Source: an uncultured virus (IMG/VR IMGVR_UViG_3300031673_000016) (Duplodnaviria > Heunggongvirae > Uroviricota > Caudoviricetes). Taken from it: 20,000 bases of DNA. Made by a program: the position numbers and the translations under genes. Below the pieces are notes generated by a model. That model was not told the origin of the DNA. It worked only from the letters and a program-made list of their open reading frames with translations, and ran no database searches. Below are positions 1 through 8,041 of the stretch, in pieces. The stretch lies in the IMG/VR virus record IMGVR_UViG_3300031673_000016; one strand, 5' to 3'. The number at the start of each line of letters is the position of its first letter. The first letter of the stretch is position 1.

Positions 1-1
1 C

Positions 2-664
2 GCCGTGCTCGTGCGGCGCTTCACGTCGAACTCGAATCCCGATGACGTCCGCTCCGACCTGGTTCACGACCTGGCGCTGCGCGGCCAGCTGTGGGCTGCG
101 TCGCACCTGGTCGGCGATCCGGTAACGGTCGCCCTCGTCGACGTCGTCAGGACCAAGGCACCGTCGATTCCGGATACGGTCCAGTGCCGGAAGTGCGGAG
201 GTCAAGGACGGCACGAGAAGGGACAGAAGGAAGAGGACGGAACGTGGACGCCGGCGAAGTGCGAGACGTGCGAAGGGACCGGCGTCGGAGGTATGAGCAA
301 GCGCGCGTGCGACACGACCGAATCGGTGTGGATGGAAACGGCGCGAGCGAACGGGCTCGATGCGACCACCGAGGCAGCGCGCTGTTCGGACGTGATCGGG
401 AAGATCAGGGCACGCGGCGAGACCTTCGCCTATCGCGTCGAGGTCGAGGTCCAGGTCGCGGAGTTGAAGGAGTGGTCGACTGATGCAGTTGCGCTCGCGT
501 CGATTGCCGAGGTTTACGCGACGCGAAAGCACTGGCCGCGGAACCAAGACGCGTGCGTCGGACGCTCTGGTCCGTGTCCGTACAGGAAGGTGTGCAGCCA
601 CCAGGGTGACGCTGACGTCGCCTGGTTCACCAAGACGGACGAGCCCTACCCGGGACTCGCCTGA
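2..664 (+). CDS. 5'-truncated Cas4-like / PD-(D/E)XK-family protein with inserted DnaJ-type zinc finger
   Basis: Frame is open from the window start. C-terminal WPRNQDAC-x6-CPYRKVC resembles the Cas4/AddB-type Cys cluster. Paired CRKCGGQG...CETCEGTG are CxxCxGxG repeats. Lies upstream of YqaJ/RecT. Confidence 0.6.
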   Translation, partial: AVLVRRFTSNSNPDDVRSDLVHDLALRGQLWAASHLVGDPVTVALVDVVRTKAPSIPDTVQCRKCGGQGRHEKGQKEEDGTWTPAKCETCEGTGVGGMSKRACDTTESVWMETARANGLDATTEAARCSDVIGKIRARGETFAYRVEVEVQVAELKEWSTDAVALASIAEVYATRKHWPRNQDACVGRSGPCPYRKVCSHQGDADVAWFTKTDEPYPGLA

Positions 665-674
665 GAGGTTTCCG

Positions 675-1130
675 ATGAGCGACGATCTGAAAAAGAGATT
701 GCTTTCACACGTCCGGAAGACCGCCAACGGCTGCTGGGAGTGCAACCTCGCGAAGGTCGGAATCGGCTACGCGAAGATGACCATCAGCGGGAAGTCTTTC
801 CGCGCGCACAGGGTCGCGTACGAGCTTTTCAAGGGTGAGATTCCGGAAGGAATGTTCATCCTGCACGACTGCGACAACCCGAGCTGCGTGAACCCAGAGC
901 ATCTGCACCTCGGGACGCAGACGGAAAACATGAGAGAGCGTTCGCAACGTGGACGCGCGCCGACGGCGGAAAAAAATCACAACACAAAACTGACGGAGGA
1001 GAAGGCGGCGAGGATCAAGAATTCGCTGCGCTCCGGTGTGGGGATACGGAAGTTGTCTCGAGAGTACGGTGTCGCGAGGAACGCGATCAGTAACATCAGA
1101 GACGGTCGCGCCTGGGCCTACGTCGACTAA
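675..1130 (+). CDS. Free-standing HNH homing endonuclease (HNH_3 type, with C-terminal HTH-like DNA-binding segment)
   Basis: ATG675 follows GAGAGG. Motifs GCWEC, RAHRVAYEL, ILHDCDNPSCVNPEHLHLGTQTENMRE, then KLTEE...IRKLSREYGVARNAISNIRDGRAW. Confidence 0.92.
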   Translation: MSDDLKKRLLSHVRKTANGCWECNLAKVGIGYAKMTISGKSFRAHRVAYELFKGEIPEGMFILHDCDNPSCVNPEHLHLGTQTENMRERSQRGRAPTAEKNHNTKLTEEKAARIKNSLRSGVGIRKLSREYGVARNAISNIRDGRAWAYVD

Positions 1131-1140
1131 AGGAAAGAAG

Positions 1141-2364
1141 ATGAACGCGAAACAGAAGTGGCTCGAAGGACGCCAGGCCGGAGTCGGGTCGTCGGACTCC
1201 CCGGTGCTCGCGCTCGGCGAGGTCTTCAAAAAAACCCCGGTTGACGTCTACATCAGCAAGAAGCGGACGGTGAAGCCGGAAGACGCGGAAGAGAGCGACA
1301 ATCCGCACCTTCGGCGTGGAAAAGTTTACGAACCGTTGGCGGCCGCGCTGTACGAGCAGCAGACCGGGATCAAGGTCTACGCTCCGGAGACCGACGAGGA
1401 GCGATTCGGTCCGTACCAGGTGTGGGATCCTGACTCGCCGATGTTCGCCGACTTCGACGGATTCTGCGAGGACGGCTGGGTGCTCGAGATCAAGAGTCCG
1501 ATGCAGCGCGTGGCCGACTCGTTCAAGGCATCCGGCATTCGTGACTACTACATGATCCAGTCGCAGCACCTAGCGCACGTTGCCAACGTCTGCCCGCTGC
1601 CGTTCCTCGGAGCCGACGCTGAGAAGTGGATCGGCAAGGTGAAGGGAACGCGCGTCGTGATCTACGAGTGCGAGAACGTCGCGCTACAGATCGTCGAGCT
1701 ACCAATCGACAAGGACATAGTCGACGCGATTCGGCGCAACGCCATCAAGTTCTGGGGCGAGAGCGTTGTGGTGAACTTGCCGCCCGCGCCGACGCGGTAC
1801 GAGCAGCCGCCGGAATCGAAGGAAAAGACCAAGTCGAAGTACACGCAGATGGAGGGCGAGGCGTGGCAGCGCGCCGTCGACGCCTACAAGCTCGCGAAGG
1901 AGCGCGAGGCTGGTGCGAAGGTCGCGATAGATTCGGCCAAGAAGATGATCATCGGCGTCCTGAAGGAAGCGAAAATCGAGGCCGTCCAGATCGGGAGGCA
2001 CAAGTTCCTGAACCGCCTCGTCGCCGGTCGGAAGTCGTTCAGCAAGTCGCTCCTACAGGCCGACTTCCCGGACCTCGACCTCACGAAGTACGAGGTGCAG
2101 GGCGCGGGGTACGTCCAGTTCAACTACTACGGGCCGAAGGACAGGATGAAGGCGGAAGGCGACGACGAATCGACTATCGTCACGGTACAGAGCGAGCTCG
2201 AAGAGTTCGCAGGAAAAGAGTGGACTATCGAGGAAGGAGTCGAGACATTCGACGAGCTCCGGTCGCGTGCTGATCTCTACGCCGCGATGTTGGAGATGGA
2301 ACTGGGCGAAGTGCGGACGGCAATCGAAGCAGCAGCCGAGGCTGTCACGCGCAAACTAGGCTGA
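1141..2364 (+). CDS. YqaJ-like (lambda exonuclease family) viral recombination nuclease
   Basis: ATG1141 follows AAGGAAAGAAG. N-terminal WLEGRQAGVGSSD...KTPVDVY, RRGKVYEP, FDG...LEIKSP and YMIQSQH motifs. Directly upstream of RecT. Confidence 0.88.
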   Translation: MNAKQKWLEGRQAGVGSSDSPVLALGEVFKKTPVDVYISKKRTVKPEDAEESDNPHLRRGKVYEPLAAALYEQQTGIKVYAPETDEERFGPYQVWDPDSPMFADFDGFCEDGWVLEIKSPMQRVADSFKASGIRDYYMIQSQHLAHVANVCPLPFLGADAEKWIGKVKGTRVVIYECENVALQIVELPIDKDIVDAIRRNAIKFWGESVVVNLPPAPTRYEQPPESKEKTKSKYTQMEGEAWQRAVDAYKLAKEREAGAKVAIDSAKKMIIGVLKEAKIEAVQIGRHKFLNRLVAGRKSFSKSLLQADFPDLDLTKYEVQGAGYVQFNYYGPKDRMKAEGDDESTIVTVQSELEEFAGKEWTIEEGVETFDELRSRADLYAAMLEMELGEVRTAIEAAAEAVTRKLG

Positions 2365-2379
2365 CGCGAAAGCGTCGAG
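2361..2379 (+). other. Small GNRA-tetraloop RNA hairpin between yqaJ and recT
   Basis: GACGC-GAAA-GCGTC at 2363-2376, extendable by CT/AG with one bulge. No U-tract follows. Confidence 0.35.
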
Positions 2380-2402
2380 AGGCGAGAGGAAGGAAGAGGA
2401 AC

Positions 2403-3653
2403 ATGGGAAACCCGACATACGAGAAGGTCAAGAGCTGGCTCGAGTCCGAGGGAATTCGCGAGATGATCGCGACGTCGCTCGGCAAGGCGCAGGAGGTCGA
2501 CGCCTGGGTGAACGGCGCGCTCGCGTCTATCGGCGCCAACAAGGACATCCTCGACTCGAAGCCGGAGTCAATCCTCGGCGCAGTGCTCGAGGCGGCGACG
2601 CTGGGCCTCCGGTTCGAGGGCCCGCTCGGCGAGGCGTACCTCGGAACGCGGTCAAAAAAAGAAGGGAAGGACCAGAAGGGGAAAGACATCTGGACCTCGG
2701 AGGCCCAGGTCCAGATCGGATACCGCGGCCTAATGAAGCTGGCGCGCCGCGATCCGCGCGTCCGCAAGATCGAAGCGATCATCGTCTACGAAAACGACAC
2801 CTTCGAGCACCAGCTCGGGACGACGCCGTTCCTCAACCATACCTGGGACGTCACGAGGCCGCGCGGGAGGATGGTCGCGGTGTACGCCGGCGTCAGATAC
2901 CACGACGGGTTCTACGACTTCGGACAGCCGTACTCGATGGACTCCGTGATGAAGCACAGGGACAAAATCCTCGCCGACAAGCGCATCAGGGTCGCCGTCG
3001 ATGGTGACGGATTCGAGACGTTCCACAAGACCTGGGACAACAAAGAGACGCAGATGTACCCGGACCAGATCCGGCGCATCCCATGGATCAGCTACCTCGA
3101 AGCGATGGTCCAGAAGACCGCCGTGCGCTGGTCGGCGAAGTTCTGGGACCTGACGCCGGACTTCGACCGCGCAGCGGCCCTGATCAGCCTCGACGAGTCC
3201 GGCCAGAGCCAGCAGCTCGAGGAACTCGCGAGGCGCATCCTGCCCGACGCCGTCCTGTCCAGGATACAGGAGCCTGCTATCGGAGGAACGGCGGGCAGGA
3301 AGCCGTCCAGCGAGGCGCAGGGGGTCAGCCTGCTCAGGATGGGCAGCCTTCGCGATCAGATGCTTCGCGAGGCGGGGATTCGCAAGGCCGATGAACAGGA
3401 CGGTCCGCCGACGGAAGACGGCCAGGCCCCTTCCGAGCCTGTTGTCGAGCCGACCGGCGACGAGCAGTCGACGGACGAGGCGGGCGCACAGTCGACCGAG
3501 ATGACCGACGAGGAGAAGGCCGAGGCGCTGCGCATCGAAGAGGAGGAGGCCGCCGCATTCGCTGCCGATCAGCAGCGTCTCATCGACCAGTCCGACGTGG
3601 TCGGCGAGAACAAGGGACGAGGAGGACGGCGGGGAACGAACGGCGCGAAGTAG
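2403..3653 (+). CDS. recT: RecT-family single-strand annealing protein with long acidic C-terminal tail
   Basis: SILGAVLEAATLGL, LGEAYL, QVQIGYRGLMKLARR, VYENDTF, VAVYA and EAMVQKTAVR are RecT motifs. RBS GAGGA. Paired with YqaJ. Confidence 0.92.
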   Translation: MGNPTYEKVKSWLESEGIREMIATSLGKAQEVDAWVNGALASIGANKDILDSKPESILGAVLEAATLGLRFEGPLGEAYLGTRSKKEGKDQKGKDIWTSEAQVQIGYRGLMKLARRDPRVRKIEAIIVYENDTFEHQLGTTPFLNHTWDVTRPRGRMVAVYAGVRYHDGFYDFGQPYSMDSVMKHRDKILADKRIRVAVDGDGFETFHKTWDNKETQMYPDQIRRIPWISYLEAMVQKTAVRWSAKFWDLTPDFDRAAALISLDESGQSQQLEELARRILPDAVLSRIQEPAIGGTAGRKPSSEAQGVSLLRMGSLRDQMLREAGIRKADEQDGPPTEDGQAPSEPVVEPTGDEQSTDEAGAQSTEMTDEEKAEALRIEEEEAAAFAADQQRLIDQSDVVGENKGRGGRRGTNGAK

Positions 3654-3672
3654 CACCAGAACGAGGTTCACC

Positions 3673-4692
3673 ATGCGGGACTACGGGAAAATATTCACCT
3701 CGTTCTGGACGAGCGAAACGACGCGGGCACTATCCGAAGACGGGAGGACGCTCGCGCTATACCTCCTGTGCAGTCCGCACACTACGATGATCGGCGTGTT
3801 CCGCGTTCCGGATGGCTACGTCTCAGAGGATCTCTGGTTGCCTGGATTCCCTTGGCCACCGGAGCGCGTCGCCGCCGCCTTCCAGAACCTCGACGAGAAC
3901 GGATGGGCATCGAGGAGCCAGTCCGGTTGGGTCATGATCCATCGCTACCTTGACCCGTGGAACCCCATCGACAATCCGAACCAGGCCAAGAGCGCAATCC
4001 GTTTGCTCGACGCCGTTCCTGATTCCGTCGTGGAAAAACCAGTGGTTGCGAGGACGCTCATGGCGCAGAGCATGTTCTTCAGCGAGAAGATTGGGACCGA
4101 GTTGTGGAACCGTCTCGAAGCGATGATGAAAGGGTTTCGAAAGGGTTTCGAAACCCTTTCGAAACCCTTTCGCACCCAGGAGCTAGATCAGGAGCAGGAT
4201 CAGGATCAGGAGCAGGATCAGGAGGTAGGAGGCGAGGAGGTGTCTCGGCGCGAAGCTCGCGCCTCGACCGGCCCGCTCTCGCTCGGCTTCGCCGAACCGG
4301 ACACGAAGCCGGACCAGGCAGCCGGTCGCCAGCTTCCACCGAATGCTTCGCCGAAGCTACTCGCTATCGTCGAAGCGATGAAGCGTACGGAGTTCCTCGT
4401 ACCGGGGAAGGGCGAGGCGACGCTGTGGAAGAACGCGCGACGGCCCGCCGTCCTGGCGGCGAAGCTCGAAGAGTCGTGTCCGGCCGTCGACATCCCGGCC
4501 TTAATCGTGAAGCTCGCGGGGTGGACGTTCGCCAACCCGAAGCGCGCGAAGCGCGACCTCGGGCGATTCGTGTGGAACATCGCGACGAAGGAACAGGACA
4601 AGCCGAAGATCGGCGTGTCGGACGAAACGTATAGACACGGGGCGGACCTTGCTGACAAGGTGAAGGGGACGAGAAGAGGAGACGGACGATGA
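3673..4692 (+). CDS. Phage replication initiator (lambda O-analogous) protein
   Basis: N-terminal MRDYGKIFTSFWTS...LALYLLCSPHTTMIGVFRVPDGYVSEDL is typical of phage initiators. Has an internal repeat region and QEQDQ linker. Stop overlaps the helicase start (ATGA). Confidence 0.75.
   Translation: MRDYGKIFTSFWTSETTRALSEDGRTLALYLLCSPHTTMIGVFRVPDGYVSEDLWLPGFPWPPERVAAAFQNLDENGWASRSQSGWVMIHRYLDPWNPIDNPNQAKSAIRLLDAVPDSVVEKPVVARTLMAQSMFFSEKIGTELWNRLEAMMKGFRKGFETLSKPFRTQELDQEQDQDQEQDQEVGGEEVSRREARASTGPLSLGFAEPDTKPDQAAGRQLPPNASPKLLAIVEAMKRTEFLVPGKGEATLWKNARRPAVLAAKLEESCPAVDIPALIVKLAGWTFANPKRAKRDLGRFVWNIATKEQDKPKIGVSDETYRHGADLADKVKGTRRGDGR
4128..4171. repeat. Perfect 44-bp palindrome of four 11-bp iterons (2 direct + 2 inverted); putative replication origin
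   Basis: GAAAGGGTTTC GAAAGGGTTTC GAAACCCTTTC GAAACCCTTTC read directly, inside the initiator gene. Confidence 0.85.
4177..4224 (+). repeat. CAGGA(G/T) hexamer tandem array encoding QELDQEQDQDQEQDQE; contains four GATC sites
   Basis: Eight 6-bp units (one degenerate). GATC at 4186, 4198, 4204 and 4216. Confidence 0.85.
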
Positions 4693-6149
4693 TGAACGAG
4701 GGCCGCATCCCGCCGTACGATGCAGAGGCAGAGAAGGCGTGTCTCGGGGCTATCCTGCTTGACAACCGTGCGCTGCAGATCATGCGCTCGGTGCTTGAAG
4801 GTCCGAACGAGTTCTACATCGAGGCGAATCGCAGGATCTACTGCGGGATGGTCGCGCTCGCAGGTCGTGGCGAAGCCGTCGACCACGTCACACTAGGGAA
4901 CTTTCTCAATGACAGCGGAGACCTCGAAAAAATCGGCGGCGCGATAGCACTCAATGGTCTGACCGAAGCGGTTGCTACCATCGCGAACGTCGAGCACTAC
5001 GCCAGGATCGTTCGGAACCACGCGGCGGTTCGCAGGATGATTTACGCCGCGCAGCAGGTCGTTGTTGACGGGTTCGGAGGGGTAGGAGACGTGCCGGAGT
5101 TCCTGGCCGCGGCGCGGAAGTCAGTGACGATGGCGTCGGCTATCAGCGGGGTAGGGGGTCCGGTGTCCATCGCCGAAAACCTCGGGGATCTTTTTATCGA
5201 GTTAGAGTCGGGGAAGATGCCGCCCGGCCTGGTCAGGACGGGGATCAACAACATCGACGACTTGACCGGGGGGCTGTGGCCTGGACTGCTCCACGTCGTT
5301 GGCGCACGGCCGAGCATGGGCAAGAGCGCCCTGTGTCTCAACATCGTGACCAACTGCGCGTTGCAGGGACGGCCGGCCCTGTACATCCCGACCGAAGATT
5401 CGACGAGGTATATCCAGCTGCGTGAGCTGGCGCGGTTCGGCGACGTCGACCTGAACGACCTGATGCTGAGGACTGTACACAAAGACGACTGGCGGAAGCT
5501 GCTCGACGGGGCCGAGAAGATCAGGGGCCTCCCGCTGTGGATCGACGACTCGCCCGGCCTATCGTCGTCCCGCATCGGGCAGATCGCCGCGCTTCACAAG
5601 CAGGTCCACGGACTCGACCTCCTGGTGGTCGACCACCTCGGCGAGCTTGAAGACAAGGGCGATAACCAGACGAATATCATCGAGAACGCGGCGAAGGGCC
5701 TCCGCGATATCGCGAAGGAACTGGACATCCCGGTGCTACTCGCGACGCAGCTGAACCGCGAGGTAGAGCGACGGCCTGACAAGAGGCCGACGCTGCATGA
5801 CCTCCGCCAGAGCGGGGCCGTCGAGCAGATCGCCCGCGTCGTCTGGTTCATGTATCGCCGCGGCTACTACGAGCGCGGGTGCGAAGACGACCCTGACACA
5901 CAGCTGATCGTCGCGAAGGCGACGCACGGAAAAACGGGGACGATTCGGCTCTGGTCTGACCTATCGCGCATGTTCATCCGTGGATGGAACCTCGAGACCG
6001 ACGGACCGTTCCCAGAAGAGAAGTCTGGGAAATACTCGGCGCCAACGCATCAAGCGTACGATGGTACTGATGACCGGCAGAAGAAATTTTTCAAGGGAAC
6101 AGGCCCGGCGTCAAGGACGACGTCGGATCATTGGACTGACGGCTACTGA
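4689..6149 (+). CDS. dnaB: Replicative DNA helicase, DnaB family
   Basis: N-terminal PPYDAEAEKACLGAILLDN, Walker A GARPSMGKS, LLVVDHL, QLNREVERRPDKRPTLHDLRQSGAVEQ. Confidence 0.95.
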   Translation: MMNEGRIPPYDAEAEKACLGAILLDNRALQIMRSVLEGPNEFYIEANRRIYCGMVALAGRGEAVDHVTLGNFLNDSGDLEKIGGAIALNGLTEAVATIANVEHYARIVRNHAAVRRMIYAAQQVVVDGFGGVGDVPEFLAAARKSVTMASAISGVGGPVSIAENLGDLFIELESGKMPPGLVRTGINNIDDLTGGLWPGLLHVVGARPSMGKSALCLNIVTNCALQGRPALYIPTEDSTRYIQLRELARFGDVDLNDLMLRTVHKDDWRKLLDGAEKIRGLPLWIDDSPGLSSSRIGQIAALHKQVHGLDLLVVDHLGELEDKGDNQTNIIENAAKGLRDIAKELDIPVLLATQLNREVERRPDKRPTLHDLRQSGAVEQIARVVWFMYRRGYYERGCEDDPDTQLIVAKATHGKTGTIRLWSDLSRMFIRGWNLETDGPFPEEKSGKYSAPTHQAYDGTDDRQKKFFKGTGPASRTTSDHWTDGY

Positions 6150-6163
6150 AAGGAGAACCGATT

Positions 6164-7585
6164 GTGACCAAGGCGAAGAAAAAGACAGGGGATAAGGCGA
6201 AGCCGGCGAAGGCGAAGCGCGTGAAGGTGACGAAGCCAGAGGCGATGGCTGACGTGACTCCGGACGAGACGCCACCGAAGGCGAAGGCGAAGGCGAAGGC
6301 GAAGGCGAAGGAGGAACCGAGGGAGAAGGTCGAGAAGCAGCAGGACAACGTCGTGCCGCTAGGGAAGCCGACGGGGAAGGCCGCGGGCGACGAGCGGAAG
6401 CCGGCGGAGTCGGACCAGGACCCGGCCGGCGGTGTGATGACATCCGAGACCAGGATCCTCGCGTGCCAGTGCGGTAGCACACGTTTCGACGTCAAGAAGC
6501 GGACGAGGACCGCCGTCTCGCTGGTCTGCCTGAAGTGCGGACTGCGCGCGAGCGTGAAGGGCAACCTCGCCACCGTGCGCGTCCGGCAGCAGGAGATCAC
6601 CTACGCTCTCGAGCATACGGTCGTGACGCCGGACGACTCGCAGGTCCCGCCCGACGACGACGACGGAGAGGCCACTGGCGACGGGCATAGTGGACTCGGA
6701 GATGGCTACGTCACACGGAAGTACCGTCACCTGAAGAACGTGATGGAGACCGTCGTCGACCGCGCCTTCGAGGCGGTCCGCGTGATGAACTGTTCAGACG
6801 ACAAGTTCCGCGAGCAGACGTGGCAGGGCCACGCGCTCGAGGCCATCTGCGCCGACTTCCTCTCGGGCTGCCCGCACGACGTCCTGCAGATCGTCGACGC
6901 GATGGAGGCCGCCGAGGAGGATGCCATCAGGATCGCGGAGCAGGACGGGAAGCCGGAGCCGAACGCTCGAAAGATCCGTGAACTCCGCGTGAAGGTACGC
7001 GACAAGCTTGCTGTCGAGAGCGGACTCCTGCCGCCCGAGATGCTGAGCGACGACGCCAGACAACTCGACCTCCCCGTCGGCGACGGCGAGAAGGACGCCG
7101 GCGAAGACGACGATCAGGAGGACGCTGACGACGACCAGGACGAAGAAAACGAGAACGACGCGCCGGTGTTCGTTCCTGACGGTGGGCGGCTGCTGCGGGC
7201 CGTCTCCGAGACGCTCGAAAAATACAATACAGACGCGGTCGAATTCGGCGTCGACGGGAAAGACATCCCCGAGTACATCGTTTGCGACGGTGCGACGCCG
7301 ACCGCCGCGATGGTCAAGCGGTGGACGAAGGCGGGCGGATACCTCGTTCGGATCGTTGGAGACAAGAGGACGACCGGGCCTGACGGAAAGCGCGCGTCAG
7401 TGTGCGCGTGGATCGCGGCTGAGCCGTCGGAACTCGCGCTCGACTTCAGCATCGAGTACGACGATGCGACCGACGACATCCTCGGCGACGGAGCCGTTGA
7501 GGTTGTCGAACTCCTTCCGCCGGACTACAAGGAGATCGAGCAGTGGGATCCGCCCCACTTCGCGGACAGGAGGGAGACGCTATGA
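6164..7585 (+). CDS. Hypothetical protein with K/A-rich N-terminus, Zn-ribbon (CQCGS...CLKCG) and acidic tracts
   Basis: GTG start after AAGGAG. 473-aa ORF with GC-rich third positions. ATGA overlap with the next gene. Confidence 0.8.
   Translation: MTKAKKKTGDKAKPAKAKRVKVTKPEAMADVTPDETPPKAKAKAKAKAKEEPREKVEKQQDNVVPLGKPTGKAAGDERKPAESDQDPAGGVMTSETRILACQCGSTRFDVKKRTRTAVSLVCLKCGLRASVKGNLATVRVRQQEITYALEHTVVTPDDSQVPPDDDDGEATGDGHSGLGDGYVTRKYRHLKNVMETVVDRAFEAVRVMNCSDDKFREQTWQGHALEAICADFLSGCPHDVLQIVDAMEAAEEDAIRIAEQDGKPEPNARKIRELRVKVRDKLAVESGLLPPEMLSDDARQLDLPVGDGEKDAGEDDDQEDADDDQDEENENDAPVFVPDGGRLLRAVSETLEKYNTDAVEFGVDGKDIPEYIVCDGATPTAAMVKRWTKAGGYLVRIVGDKRTTGPDGKRASVCAWIAAEPSELALDFSIEYDDATDDILGDGAVEVVELLPPDYKEIEQWDPPHFADRRETL
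6276..6311 (+). repeat. (CGAAGG)x6 microsatellite encoding KAKAKAKAKAK
   Basis: Six exact copies read directly. Confidence 0.9.
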
Positions 7586-8004
7586 CCGACGACACCAAAC
7601 ACGAGGGGACAGAAGGCGCCCCGAAGGCCAATGACCAGGCGAATGGCGCGAGGCCAGCGACGACTGACGACGTGCGCAAACGTATCGTCGCGTCGGTCCA
7701 GGAAGAGATCGCCAGACTCGACGAGTACGCGGCGAGCTACTCGAAACACCCGAAGGAACAGGAAGTCTTCTGCCACGCGATGGAGAGCATCGCCGCGATC
7801 AAGGCACGCGTCGAGGTCTACGTTATCCAGGTCGAGATGGCGGCGTCGACCGCGGCGATGTCGTCTATTATCGGGCAGGCGATGCGGGCGCGAGTAGCGC
7901 AGAACGCCGTCGCCTCGGAACCCGCGATTCTGTCTGACGAAGTCGCGGATCTTCTGCGGCGCGGTCGGAGGCCCGGAGGAAACTCGCCACCGACTACCCG
8001 ATAG
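7582..8004 (+). CDS. Hypothetical helical protein
   Basis: ATG7582 overlaps the upstream stop. RBS GGAGGGAG. Coding-like codon usage. Confidence 0.75.
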   Translation: MTDDTKHEGTEGAPKANDQANGARPATTDDVRKRIVASVQEEIARLDEYAASYSKHPKEQEVFCHAMESIAAIKARVEVYVIQVEMAASTAAMSSIIGQAMRARVAQNAVASEPAILSDEVADLLRRGRRPGGNSPPTTR

Positions 8005-8012
8005 TGTAAGAT
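7984..8012 (+). promoter_or_regulatory. Weak sigma70-like promoter candidate upstream of the endolysin
   Basis: TCGCCA-17 bp-TAAGAT, running into one of the few intergenic gaps. Only 4/6 match in each box. Confidence 0.2.
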
Positions 8013-8041
8013 GGTGAACGAGCAGAAAGGAAGGATCTGAA

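Noticed and set aside
665..1140. Group I intron or intein housing the HNH gene
   Set aside because: Flanking genes appear to end and start normally, and the spacers are only ~10 nt, leaving no room for a ribozyme core.
2361..2400. Intrinsic terminator after yqaJ
   Set aside because: The hairpin is short and lacks a U-tract. Kept only as a possible RNA element.
1..4224. CRISPR-Cas system suggested by the Cas4-like gene and the 4128-4224 repeats
   Set aside because: No repeat-spacer array or other cas genes. The repeats are contiguous and lie within a coding region.
4689..6149. Intein in DnaB
   Set aside because: Normal length (486 aa) with contiguous motifs and no splice-junction signature.
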